Part shown: piece after piece, positions 39,301 to 51,400 of the stretch | Layout: each line of letters starts with the position of its first letter | How positions within the stretch are numbered: position 1 is the first letter of the stretch | Assembly (NCBI GenBank): GCA_050273025.1 | Contig: CP158635.1 | Coordinates: 25,730,001 to 25,794,000 of the forward strand | DNA from: Cenococcum geophilum | Lineage: Eukaryota | Direction of reading: 5' to 3' | DNA length: 64,000 nt | Made by a program: the position numbers and the translations under genes | The notes under the pieces: model-generated | What the model saw: the letters and a program-made list of their open reading frames with translations, nothing else | The model's database searches: none | Told to the model about the DNA's origin: nothing

Positions 39301-42300
39301 TACGATTAAAAACTAATACCTAGTACCGCTTATACGTAAGACCCTTAAGCGGCTTAGTTAAGCCAAAATCTATACTAAGCTTAATATTATTGCCGCCTTT
39401 AACTATCTCTAAATACGGGAAGGTAATAAATGGAAAACTGCATTTACATCGCGCTTCGGCTAATTTAAATATACTATTATACCCTTTAGCGTATATAACG
39501 GCCCAGGTACCTTCTAAAGCTATATTAATAACGCCTTATAGGACTACCTTAACAACTTCTACTCTACGTACCTAGACGACATACTTATTTATAGCGATAA
39601 CCCCTTTAAGCATACTAAACACGTTTAAAAGGTCCTATAGCGCCTTAGGGACGTAGGACTTTATATTAATTTAAAGAAATGCGAATTCTTAGTTATAAAA
39701 GTAAAATACCTTAGACTAATTGTTACTACTAAGGGTGTCTGTATAGACCCCAAGAAGGTATATATAATTACTAAATAGCAAGCCCCTAACTGTATTAAGG
39801 ATGTATAAGCCTTCCTTAGTTTCGCTAACTTCTATTAGAAATTTATATACAACTTCTTAGGCATAGTAGCACTACTTACAGCAATAATGCGAACGAAGGG
39901 CCTTTCTATAAAAGGGAGAAAAATATACCTACGCTTTACCTAAATGCCTAAATGCGAGAAGGCGTTCCAAGACCTTAAAAATGCCTTTACTAAAGTACTT
40001 GTCCTAGCTTACTTTACACTAGGACGACAACTTTACCTCAAAACCGACTCCTTAGACCACGTTAACGCAGACGTCCTCTTCTAGATAGGCGATAACGGTC
40101 TCCTTTACCTAGTCGCATTCTACTCGTCTAAGCTTATACTATAAGAGTATAACTACAAGATTTATAATAAAGAACTTCTTACAATTGTATAAGCGTTTAA
40201 AGAATTCTAACTAGAACTCTCCTTAGTAGAGCCTAACTAGCTAACTAAAGTCCTTACGGACTATCGCAATCTTAAGTACTTTATAACCATAAAGTAGCTA
40301 AACTAACGCCAAGCACGTTAGAACGAGTTCCTCTTTAGTTTTAACTTTAAAATTGTATATAGACCAGGAGTATAAGGTACTAAACCTAATAGCCTAACAC
40401 GCCGCTTATAAGACCTTCCTTAATCTAAAAATAACCCCTATAATTAGTTCCAACAACAGACAATCCTAAAAGCACGAAATTTAGCCCTAGGCATACTACC
40501 TACAATAGAGCCAACTATACCCTAGCTTTATACCACAGAACTAGAGTTACCTCCCGAAATTAATAAGCTTATTACTACGGCATATAACGCCTCTGTTGAC
40601 CCATTACTACATTAACTTATTGCCGTAAAGACCGCTAGCGCTTATACGCTACCTACTAACCTCTAAAGCTTAGGCTAGATTAATATAGCAGCCTTAAAAG
40701 TAAAAGAGAATAGGCTCTATTATAGAGGCCGCCTATTTATCCCTAACTTAGAAAATCTACAACAGCAACTAATCTAAATAGCCCACGACCTCCGATTAAG
40801 CGGCCACCTAGGTAAAGGAGGAACCTACGAGCTTCTTAGCCAATACTACTTCTAGCTAAAAATAATAGACTTAGTTAAACGCTTTATAGGCGCCTGCCAC
40901 GGTTATAAGCGCGCTAAGGCCTTTAATATAAAGTACTAAGGACTACTATACCCTCTACCAGTACCTATACAATAATGGGCAGATATCGCTATAGATTTCG
41001 TTATTAACCTACTACCCTATAAACGACACGGCTATACCTATAAGAACATCCTTATAATAATATGCCAACTTATAAAAGAGCGCCACTACGTCCTAACCGA
41101 AGGCGTAGCCGTCAGCGACGTTACTAACGCCTTCCTCCACGAAGTCTACCGACTATATGGGCTACCTAACTCAATTACGTCTGACTAAGGTATATAATTT
41201 AACTCTAATATATAGAGACGAATCTGCTAACGCCTTGGCATCTCTATTAAGATATCTACATCCTTCTACTATAAAACTACTGGGCAACCGGAAAACGCTA
41301 ATGCCAGTATAAAAGCATACCTACGACAGGTAGTCGCCTATAGTTAAGATAACTGGGTGGATTACCTCCTACTAGGTAAATTCGCAGCAAATAACTACGT
41401 CTTAACCACTACAGGACTTACCCCATTCTTTACGAATAAGGGTTATTACCCCTAATCCGGCATAGAGCTACTAGAACCTATTAATAAGAAACTACTATAT
41501 AGAAAACGCCTTAAGATACTACTTGCCGACCAGTATACAGACCGTATAAAAAATCTACTTAACTACTATAAGGGAGAAATGGCCTAGGCTTAAGCAAAGC
41601 AGGCCTACTTCGCCAACCGTTATAGAACGCCACTACTAGAGATATGTGTTAGCGACTAGGTATAGCTAGATATATGTAATATCTCTACATAGAGGCCTAT
41701 AAAGTTACTCGATTATAAGAACCTTAGCCCCTATCTAATTAAACAAGTTATTAATAGGGGAGCTGTATATAAGCTAAAACTTCTACCTACCCTAGCCACC
41801 CGCGGGATATAGCCCGTATTTCACCTATGGCTACTATACCTCTATTAGCCTAACCCCTTACTAGGGCAGATATAGCCTAAACCCTTACTAGTACTAATCC
41901 GAGACAAGAATAAAGACAAGAACTATAAGGAGTGGACTATTAAACAAATTATTAACTCTAAATACTTTAGCAAAGGTAGAGGACGACGGCTCTACTACAG
42001 AGCTATATATATAAGATTTGATATAAATTAGCTAGAATGGCAACCATAGAAAGACTTTAAAAATGCAAAGGATCTAATTAGCAACTTTTACTACGCGAAC
42101 CCATAGAAACCGGGCCTAAGCAGAGACTTTATACCTAATCCTCTATAGGAGCCCTTATAGAGTTAAACCGTTGTATATTGCCACGTAAGGGCAAATTACC
42201 GTTAGATTACCGTTAAATTGCGGCAAAGTACGATCACGTGACCGGAATATTATTAAGATATCCAGGAACTTCGACCGGCGGTTAAAATTATCTAATTAGT

Positions 42301-42648
42301 CGGATTCTTAGATGCTAAGCCCTATTACATAATATTATTTTAAGCCTTTAGCAATACCCCCCTTTTTCTTCTTTTCTATACCTTAAGTGTCTCTTCTATA
42401 TGTATATAGTAACCACAGCGTCACTAGAGCTCCGCCTCTATAAGAGGGGGGGTAGTGTTACAGAACCCTACCGTAGGGGCCTCTATAGGAGAGCCCCGTG
42501 CTCTTACGTATACCTCGCGTACAGCTTATGTCAGTTACGCGTAGGTATATCACCTCCTTACGCCCTTAACCCTTACGATTAATCGCGCAACGTCTTATAG
42601 ACTCCTCGAATACATACGCTTTGTAGCCACTACCCCCGTCCCATGACA
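30303..42648 (+). mobile_element. Ty3/gypsy chromovirus D (~6.4 kb of own sequence), inserted in gypsy C
   Basis: 193-bp LTRs 30303-30495 and 42456-42648; TSD ACGTC; PPT aagagggggggtag; protease I(D)CGAT ~32375; RT YLDD 39569-39580; RNaseH, integrase GPY, and chromodomain EW..(E)QI.(D)S...WQP ~41930-42050. Confidence 0.95.
32923..38899 (-). mobile_element. Full-length Ty1/copia element B3, inserted in gypsy D
   Basis: 201-bp LTRs 32923-33123 and 38699-38899; TSD GAAGA; internal region is a reverse-complement match to B2. Confidence 0.95.
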
Positions 42649-45611
42649 ACGTCCTTTTATTTATAGAACTAGGTAAAATTAATAGTATAAGTATATTTAA
42701 TATTATTTAGGTTAGGGCGTGTCTAGTTCTCCAATACTATGGCTAGGCTAGCACGGCTTAGTCAGCCTAGGGGGGCGGAAATAAGGCGGTGGCCCTATAT
42801 AGTACGCGCGGGAGATAGGTATAAGGTTAGGCGTTATAGTGGCGCGGTTTCTATTATCTAGGTCTTAGTAGTTCTATAGTTAGTCCTTACTATAACGCGA
42901 GCTATAGTATACGTATATAGCATATAGCTTAGTTTTAGGTATTAGGCTAGGCGGCTAGGGTTTAAATAGTGCCTAGGTTAGGGTTAGATTCTTAATAGTA
43001 GCGGCGCAAAGCGGACCTTCTTCCTTAGTCTTAGCAGGGCTAGCTAGCCCATCGTTTTAGTCTTAAGTGCTAGGGTAGTCCAGTCTTCTACTATTTTATT
43101 TCTTTACAGCTATATAGGCTCCCCTTTATTAGGAACATCTTCTACTATTAGGGCTTTATATATAGTCCTAGGCACTAGGCTTAGTAGTGCTAAGTATCTA
43201 TATAGGGCGTCCCTACTAACGTTAGTTATCCCCTATAGGAGGTAGTGCCTAGAGTAGTAGTCTAAGTTAAAGCGGATTTTAAGTTTCCTAAAGCTGGGAT
43301 AGGGCTTATACTTCTAAAGCTAGGGTATACCTAGAATAATTAGGGTAGTGGGCAAGAGTTTAGTAATAAAAAAGAGTATAGCTTTAGTATAGAGGCCAAT
43401 TAATATTTAGGTGGTGAAGTAGTCCGTAATAAGCGAAGTTAGGATACTATCTACGAGGCATAGTGGCCTAAGTGCTAGTAGCTTCTTAGTTATAATATTA
43501 TACTTTCTTATAATAGACTCTGCGTTAGTAAATGCTATTATAGTACTACCGGAGTTTACTAGGCTTACTATATTAATATAAACTTGGGGGTATAGGTTAT
43601 ATAATAAGGAGAGTTAGGTTTAAATAAGGATTAATTTTTTATTACTATTTACTAATTTAAGATTAAGTGGTAGTTTACTAATAGAAAGGACTAATTAATC
43701 TAGTAATAGGGACCTAATCTTCTCGTCTTCCTTCTTATATAGTTTAGACCCTTAGGCACGACTTAGTTTAAGGGTTTACCTTTTAACGACTAGGGTATAA
43801 GGCTATCTTAGTAGGGCGGTCTAGTGTCTATCTGGCTAGCGGTGTTAGTTTTGGTTTTAGTTAAAGTATAGGAAAACAATACCTTACTAACAACATAGCT
43901 GTATTCGTATTCGCTAGCGCGAAGTTACTAATACTAGGTATTATTAATAGGTTGGGCTCCTATATAGGGCATAGTTTAAAGTAACTAAGCCGTAGGGTTA
44001 AAGGGGGGGGGTTGTCTGCCGCAGCTATAATAGGCTCCATAGTTGCCGCGTCTATAATAGACTCTATAGTTACCGCGTCCGCGGTTATTAGTTTATATTA
44101 TTTAATAGGGTAGTATTAGGACTAGGTTTGCTATTTTAGCGGGGTTATAGGCATCCTTTTAGTGGCTAGGCAGGCTATAGGTAAGGTATAGTCTATTATT
44201 AACGCGGCGCTTATACTCTATATCTAAGATTTTATTAAGGTTTATAGGTTCTCTAGTTACTACTAGGGTTAGGGTTAATATAGGGGTAAGGGCTTAGGTA
44301 GGTAGGTAGTGGTTAGCGTTTTTCTTAAGGTTGGCTTAGTGTATATAGTTCGCAAGGTTCTTAGCGAATATATCTATTTACTTACTCTAACCTATATAGT
44401 CGCTGTTATTAATTTTATAGGTAAGTCTAAGTACTAGCTCTTCTATCTTTAGAAAGATAAACTTTTAGAATAGGTTTACCTTCTATTCGTCTGTCTTCTT
44501 AGCGCAAACTATTAGCTTATTAAGCTCTCCCTTTTAGGACTAGTAATTACGCTTACCCTAGGGGAAATAGTTAAGCTTATTCTTTGCGACCTGGGTTATA
44601 TTAAGGACCTTATAGTAGGTAGTAAGGTCTTTAAGTATATCTTCCTTAGTAGGCCATTTCTATATAGATGTGTTGTTTAGGTTCTTGTGTATAAGCTCTA
44701 GGCCCTACTTAATAAACTTATAGGCCTTATCCTCTAGTATGTCTAAGATATAAAGGATCTAGGACTAAACTGTATTAAAGTAGTCCTAGTCCCAGTTAAA
44801 GACTCCCTTAATCTTAATATACTAGGTCTTAAAATTAGCTTATCATTTTAGCGGGGTGCCTTTTTTACTAAATATTGGCGGGTTTTTAGATCTCTATTTT
44901 TTCTGCTAGGTTACTACTGTTATTATAGGGGTTAATTATTTTAGAATGGTAATAGTCTCTGCCTAGGAGTTAATAGTTCCTATTTAAGAAGCGATAAGAG
45001 TACTAAGGTTTTTGTTAGCTTTCTTATTAGCGGTGTTTGTGTTATATATATACTATAGTCCTACTTTAATATTATTAAGGAATTTGTTAGTATAGTTAAT
45101 AAGGGTAAGGTAAGCTTTACTAGGCTTAAAGGTCTTAGGGTATAGTAGGGAGCGGCGGATTATCTACGTAATATTAGGGTATATCTCTATAAAGAGGTCT
45201 ATAAAAACGTTACGGGGATTCTAGGTTTCGGCCATTTTAGCGTCATTAGTGTCGCCTATCTAGGCGCTAGGTAAAAACTAAGGATTGTTTTAGAACTATG
45301 CTAGGGACGTATTAGTTTTAGCAGAGGCGCGTATAGGTCGCGATTACTCTAGGGTAGAGGTTAATTGGCTAAGGTATAGGGAATTAGTGATTGCAATAGG
45401 GCGTAAATTAAAGATACCATAAACTGTTACAGTGCTGTAATAAAGTAGACTAAATAACTACGTTATAGTATAAAGAGGGGAAGAAGGTGGAAAGGGGGTA
45501 TTGTATATAAATAGTAGGGCCGGCCGCTAAGTCGCTAGTGGTGGGCTAGCTAATAGTAGGAAACAGTATAAGATAGTATAAAATAGTATACATTAGGTTA
45601 GTGCCGTAATA

Positions 45612-46119
45612 CGCCTTATTTTTTACCCTTTTTTCCTTTTTTATATCCTCCCTACCTAGGGAGGTACTAGAACGGCAGCTAGTAAAGGACCATTACTAAA
45701 ACTAGATAACTATCGCTAGAACTAGATAACCGTCGCTAGAACTAGACGATAATAACTAGCCAGTAAACACTATAAACGATTTAATCGATTAATCGAATTA
45801 AGGTAGTATAGATAGGTAGGCATAAATAGGGAAATGCTAATGGGTAGGCAGATATAGATAGGTAAGTAGATATAAATAGGTAAGTAAATATAGATAGGTA
45901 AGTAGATATAAATAGGTAGGTAGATACTAACGGGTAGGCAGATATAGATAGGTAGGTAGATATAAATAGGTAGGTAATGTAGACGGTAGGTAATGTAGAT
46001 AGGTAGGCAATATAGGCAGGTAGGTAGATAGGTAGATAGGTAAGTTAATAGGTAAATAGGTAGAAGAGAACTATTACTATATTATATTAAATTATCTAAA
46101 ATAATATTACTTATTTTGC
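45612..46119 (-). repeat. Right arm (distal part) of the long inverted repeat
   Basis: Reverse complement of 17207-17935, with fewer 20-bp units and a GTAG microsatellite. Confidence 0.8.
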
Positions 46120-46479
46120 TAGCCTTATAAATAGCTTTAAAGTAGCTTTTATTTATTTAAAATATGCTATTAGTATAAAAGAGGTAAATATAATTATAGT
46201 TGCTAAATGCGTAGATTACTGGTAGATTGCTAGCAGGTTGCGCGTAGGCTGCGCGTAGGCTGCGTGTTAAAAAAACACGATATAGGCTAGTCGGTCGAGT
46301 TGCCAAATGCCCTTAACTACGCGCCAATTGCGTCAACCACTAGCCATTAAGGTTATTGGTAGGGTACCATATCCTACCAATATAATTCTTAATATTTATA
46401 GTAGATAAACACCTAAATAGCTAATGTATTATATCTAGACTAACTCTAGGCCTTATTACCTACTTTATTGCTCCTCTGC

Positions 46480-46605
46480 TGCCTATATAAACGCCTATAT
46501 AAACGCTTATATAAACGCCTATACAAACACCTATATAAACGGCTGCACGAACAGCTGCATAAATGCCTATATAAAGCTCTATATAAAGCTCTATATAAGG
46601 CTCTA
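46480..46605. repeat. 12-bp minisatellite (gcctatataaac)
   Basis: ~9 tandem units; resembles the reverse complement of the 18025-18271 array. Confidence 0.75.
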
Positions 46606-47420
46606 CTTAAAAGTCTTGTGTTATAGGATACCCCTGTAATACCTTATATACGTCTACTTATTTCTACTAACTTAGTAACTAAAGACTAACTATAAGATGG
46701 CAATTTGTGGCAATCTAACGGCAATCTACTATATTCTGCTATATTCCGCTAAGTTTTACTAAATTCTATTAAGTTCTGCTAGGACTACTACCGGAATCCT
46801 ATTCTGCTCCGTATATATATTAACTAAGCAACTAAGCAAATAATATATACCCTTTCTTCCTATTTTCCTACCTTTTCTCCTTATGTAACGTCTTAACCTC
46901 TTTATATAGTTTATATATATAGCTTAATAATACCTACCTTACTATATATTATCGCCGCTTATCCCTTATATAGGTGGTTAAGCCTATAAAGCTGTGGCCT
47001 ATACGCGATCCAATTAAAATTAGGTGGTTTAGTGTTCTGCTAAATTACACTTTTAGACTTTTAGTGTTCCTTATACGGAGCACTAGTTTATATATACTAC
47101 CTATATAAGGGATACTCATTCCGTAACACTACGTTGCGTTAACTACCTATACTACTATTAATATGCAGAATAAACCCGAAACTCCTATAATGGCCGCTAG
47201 CATTATATCCGTACTCTAAGAATAACTAGTAAAGATATAGAAGTCTTTTATAAACGCTCTTATATAAAACTAAGCTACTTTAAATTAATAATAAGCCGAA
47301 TAAGAAGCTTAATACTAGTAACTAATTAAGAACCTCTAAGAAGAAATCCGTACTCTTAAGATATCTATATTAGGGCCTTAAGACTAAATACTATCTCTAA
47401 AGATAAATACACGGGACGTA

Positions 47421-47640
47421 ACGTCAGGAAAAAATTTACCAGCATTTAATTTTACTTTTCTGCTATTTTAGCATTTTTTAGCATTTCTAGCATTTCCTAG
47501 CATTTAGCTGCTAAATGCGGCATTTAGAATTAAGTGTTAGTATTTAGCTGCCAAATACCGTATTTAGAATTAAGTGTTAGCATTTAGCTGCCAAATGCCG
47601 CATTTAGAATTAAGTGTTAGCATTTAGCTGCTAAATGCTA
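47421..47640 (+). mobile_element. Left terminus of a large ACGTCAGG-TIR DNA element with 40-bp subterminal repeats
   Basis: TA|acgtcaggaaaaaatttaccagcatt...; 40-bp unit catttagaattaagtgttagcatttagctgccaaatgccg x ~3.5 (47501-47640); inverted homolog ends at 6112. Confidence 0.68.
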
Positions 47641-47965
47641 TATTTAGCCGTATTTAGTTATATTTTGCGGCTATATACTACACCACCAATAATAATGCTG
47701 CAATTTGCGGCTAAACGCCGTCTTAATAATAAAAGTGCTGCAAGCTACAGCTTAATGCTCTTTTAGAAATAATAATACTAGAAATATTTTAGTTAATTAA
47801 GTTTACTATATACGCTACGCTACTACCTATAAGTTACTAGAAGATACGTCCCTTAGCCTATATATACGCCACTATATAATTATAATAGGTTTTGTTATAT
47901 AGCGGCTATATATAGTATTTGGAACTATCTATAGTTATATTATACTTTTACAATCATTACTAGCA

Positions 47966-48483
47966 TTAGATAGTCTTAGTATCTTCCTTTTTACTTTAGC
48001 CTACTTTTAAGCTTAAATCGGCCTTCTCCTTATATACCGACTTATGCAGTAATAACGTAAATTTAGTTAACTTTAATATCCTCTACTTAATACTTAACTT
48101 CCAATTAGCTATAATAGTACTATAGTAGACAGGCTTAGTCTATCCTTATTAATCTATCTAAGTAAATAGTTGCTTTACCTCCGAAAGCTTATAGCTTAGC
48201 TTAACTATAATAGTATAATTTACGTACTATAGGTTAATAAACAGTTTAATTAATATAAAGGTATAAAGTAGGATCTACTTAGAGTTATTAGTGTTAAAGG
48301 TTTGCCTAACCTTAGCCTTTTTAATATTGGATATACCGGCTATATAGCGGAGTATTTTATCTTTACCGTATTCTTTATATAGCCTATTAAACTAATAAGC
48401 TAGTATAAGAGGTAAGCGAGTAGTAATAATAATCTTATATACTAAACTATCCGTTCGTTTTTTAATATAAACGTAATTATAGA
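47966..48483 (-). pseudogene. SNF2/SWI2-family ATPase, C-terminal helicase lobe (3' fragment)
   Basis: Reverted reading: KIIITTR...(S)INL(Q)(C)(A)NYTIIV(E)(P)SY..SEVKQLFT(R).D(R)(Q)G(Q)TKPV...SI(E)(Q)RIL, i.e. SNF2 motifs IV-VI. Confidence 0.8.
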
Positions 48484-51400
48484 TGTTCGTACTAATTTAA
48501 TAGCACGAGTGAGTCAGATCCAGGGGTACGAAATACGTATAGTATCGTATGCTCTTTTGGATGATGGTGACTGTCGATTATATAAAGCAGACTACGTGGT
48601 CTATATACTAATACACCTCCCCCCTAATTAGTTAGTGCTTTATAAGTGCACCAGACGCGTAAGCGAGTGGTTAGTGCACTGAACGCGTAAACGCGTACCT
48701 AGCGTACCGAACGCGTAGGCACACGGTTAGTATAACAGGTGCTGTAATTATATACTAGCGGTACTTAAAAAATAAAACTACCTATATATAGCCTCCGTAG
48801 TTGCTCTAATGGGACCGTAAAATATAAAAGAAAATATATAGGAAATAGAACTATAAGATGTAAAGAAAGTATATAGAAAACCCCCCCCCCTAAGGTGCCT
48901 TCTTGGCTGCCTTCCAAATAATACTCTAAGCTAGCCGTAAGTTAGATCTTAAGGGCCGCCAAGGCGCTAGTGCTAAGCGAGCTAATGGCGATTTTCTATC
49001 CCGGGGATAGAAAATCGTGATTGGTTAATTTAACCACCGTGGTAGAATAATAGGCCGTATAAGTTATACGACCTTCCAACGGGCCGTAGACGTACTATAA
49101 ATACTCCGTCAGTCTCGTTCTACCTATTCCGTAACTTCTAGGTTAAGCTTATTTGTATTAATTAGGGTTTTAAGGGCTTAATATAGCTTTACCTTAGTTA
49201 TAGCGTCTGCTAGGTTGTTTCCGCCGCTGATCTATTTAACCTCTATAATCTCGCGTCGTTTATAGGCTTAATATAAGCACATTAGGTTGACCATAAGCCT
49301 CTTCTCTTATATCGTACCTAGCTTAACTAAGCAGTCGTAGAGGGACTTTAAATTGGTGCATAAGACCAGGGGTAACTGCTCTAGTTATAGGATCTTCTAG
49401 ACTATTAATTTAATTGCGGCTGCTATATTAAAGCCATAGGCTAGTGCATATAGTTTAGAAGCTAGTACACTTTGGGTTACTCGTTTATACTTAATTAAAG
49501 ACTAATACAGTATATTTGCGTCCTAATTACGGTCTATAAGTATAATTATAAAGCCAATTTGCGATAATAGGTCCCTATTATTAGTAAAGAAGGCGTCCGT
49601 AAATACTAGTAGGCTAAGGGAATTTAGGTCTAGTGGTATAAAAGTAAGTCCTCTTATTACATTATTAATCTGCTATTAAATGCGCTTATTAAGCTGCTTA
49701 ATTTTTTTTTTTATGGATCTACTACCTAGGCCGTAAAGGATAAGTTATAGGCAGATTTGGGTTAGCAGACTGTGGTAATGTAGGCGCCTCTTGCACGCTA
49801 TATAGCGTATTAGTCCTTTATATTTACGGTTTTATAGGTCTCTCTATAGGAGCTAGTAAGGTCTATAGGCTTTACTATAACGGGCTTTAGGTTTTAAGCT
49901 TAGCGTTCCTAAGTCAGCTTAATTAAGTTACCCTTTTATATAATTAGGCCTCCATTAAACTTAATTAGGTTCTACTTAGTTAACTACTCTTACGGCTTTA
50001 CCAAGAACTTAGCCTTTTATAGTTTAGTTTCTTTAGCGTCTATAAAGGTCTAGTTTACTAGGAATAGGGTATTATCTATTTAGAGTCTAATAATACTAAA
50101 GCCGTTTAATAGGCTGTATAGGAGGCAGGGGTTATAGGTTAACTATTTTATTTTAAGTTTACTAACGTGGTGCTAGTGGTATATCTTAAACTAGTGGTTT
50201 TTAGCTTCCAGTACTCCGTAAAGAGGTTTTATAACCTGTAAAATTGTTCCTAGTTATAGGTTAAGCTTATAGGGTGGTCGTATAAAGATGTCTCTACTTA
50301 GGTAGGTGTTAGACTATACATAGGCTTGCGAGATATCCCGTAGGTAAAGGGCTATAGGTTTGCTTTATTGTAGTCTAGGCATAAGTGCAAGTATAATCCA
50401 TTAGCTAACTTGTTAAATCGTAGGCGATTATATAAGGACTAAGCCCTTTCTTTAGTTATTATAGGCTTATATAACAAGCCTTAATTTTTTAAAAGCTTTA
50501 TTAGTACTAGGGTGCTTAATTTTATTAATAAAGCGTAAATTAAATATACGGACGCCTTGCGGAATATCTCTCTCCGTTATAACCGCAAAAATACCCTTTT
50601 TAAGTAGTCCGTTAATCTCTTTATATTGTAAGTCCGTAAATGGGGTTTCCTGTACTAGAACTAATATATCTATAGGCGGAGATTGCCTTATGGATATTTC
50701 TGCGGAGGTTAGGTAATTTTTTATTACGGTGTTTTTAGTTATAGGGTGCTTTTAGGGGCGTCCTTAACTACGCTTTACGGTAGGTTTAGTAGGTTTAGTG
50801 GGTTTCTAAGGGACTTTTAGGGTAGGTAAGGGTGCTTCCGGTTTGTCTAGTTTAACGGGTGCTTCTAGTTTATCTGGTTTGACGTTATAGGTGTTTTTGG
50901 GCCGAAAGTAGGGTTTTACGGACGCGCTTTTAAAGCTAGTTGGCCTGTTAGGAAGCTATACGTAGCACGTCTCGTTTTCTACGGCTAGTAGATGATAGGG
51001 TCTATTTTAGCTGCCGCTTTTACGCTATATAAGGACTTTAGAGTTAAGCAGGAGGTTATATACTAAGGTTATATTAGGTCCATTGCGGTAGTATAGAGTG
51101 TTATTAACAGTTTATTTAGCCCGTAGCTTAACTACCTCAGCTATCACCTTCTATATTACAGCTACTCATTCTATAATAGACGGGGTAGGAGGGCCTAGGT
51201 TGCTTATCCTTAGGTAGGCTCCGTAAACTAAGAGGGTAGGTATTAGTCCGTTAGGGCTAGCGGTATTATTAATAGCTTTTACGGCCATCTATAAAGCCAG
51301 TTCCTTTTAGATATTCTTATACTCGTCCGTAATAATCTAGTAAGCTCTCCGTAAAGCTAGGTAAGCTCGCTTAATAAGCCTAATAGACTAATGCGCCTTA

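Larger units (their letters stand above)
19391..45611 (-). mobile_element. Ty3/gypsy element C (chromovirus-like, ~6.9 kb of own sequence) hosting three insertions
   Basis: 187-bp LTRs 19391-19577 and 45425-45611; TSD CGCCT; PPT ggggagaggagtac next to 19577; TGGTATC-containing PBS-like site ~45413-45420; gag ~45235-43800; RT YL(D)(D) 29407-29418; integrase split at 21721/27862; chromodomain-like end ~20000-20130. Confidence 0.93.

Noticed and set aside
46884..47420. Possible LTR (tgtaacg…ccgtaaca, 46884-47128) followed by a gag-like start
   Set aside because: No partner LTR, TSD or diagnostic motif in the window; too weak to call.
6112..47421. Single 41-kb transposon bounded by the inverted repeats at 6112 and 47421
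   Set aside because: The ACGT termini face each other and their bodies extend outward, so they do not enclose this interval.
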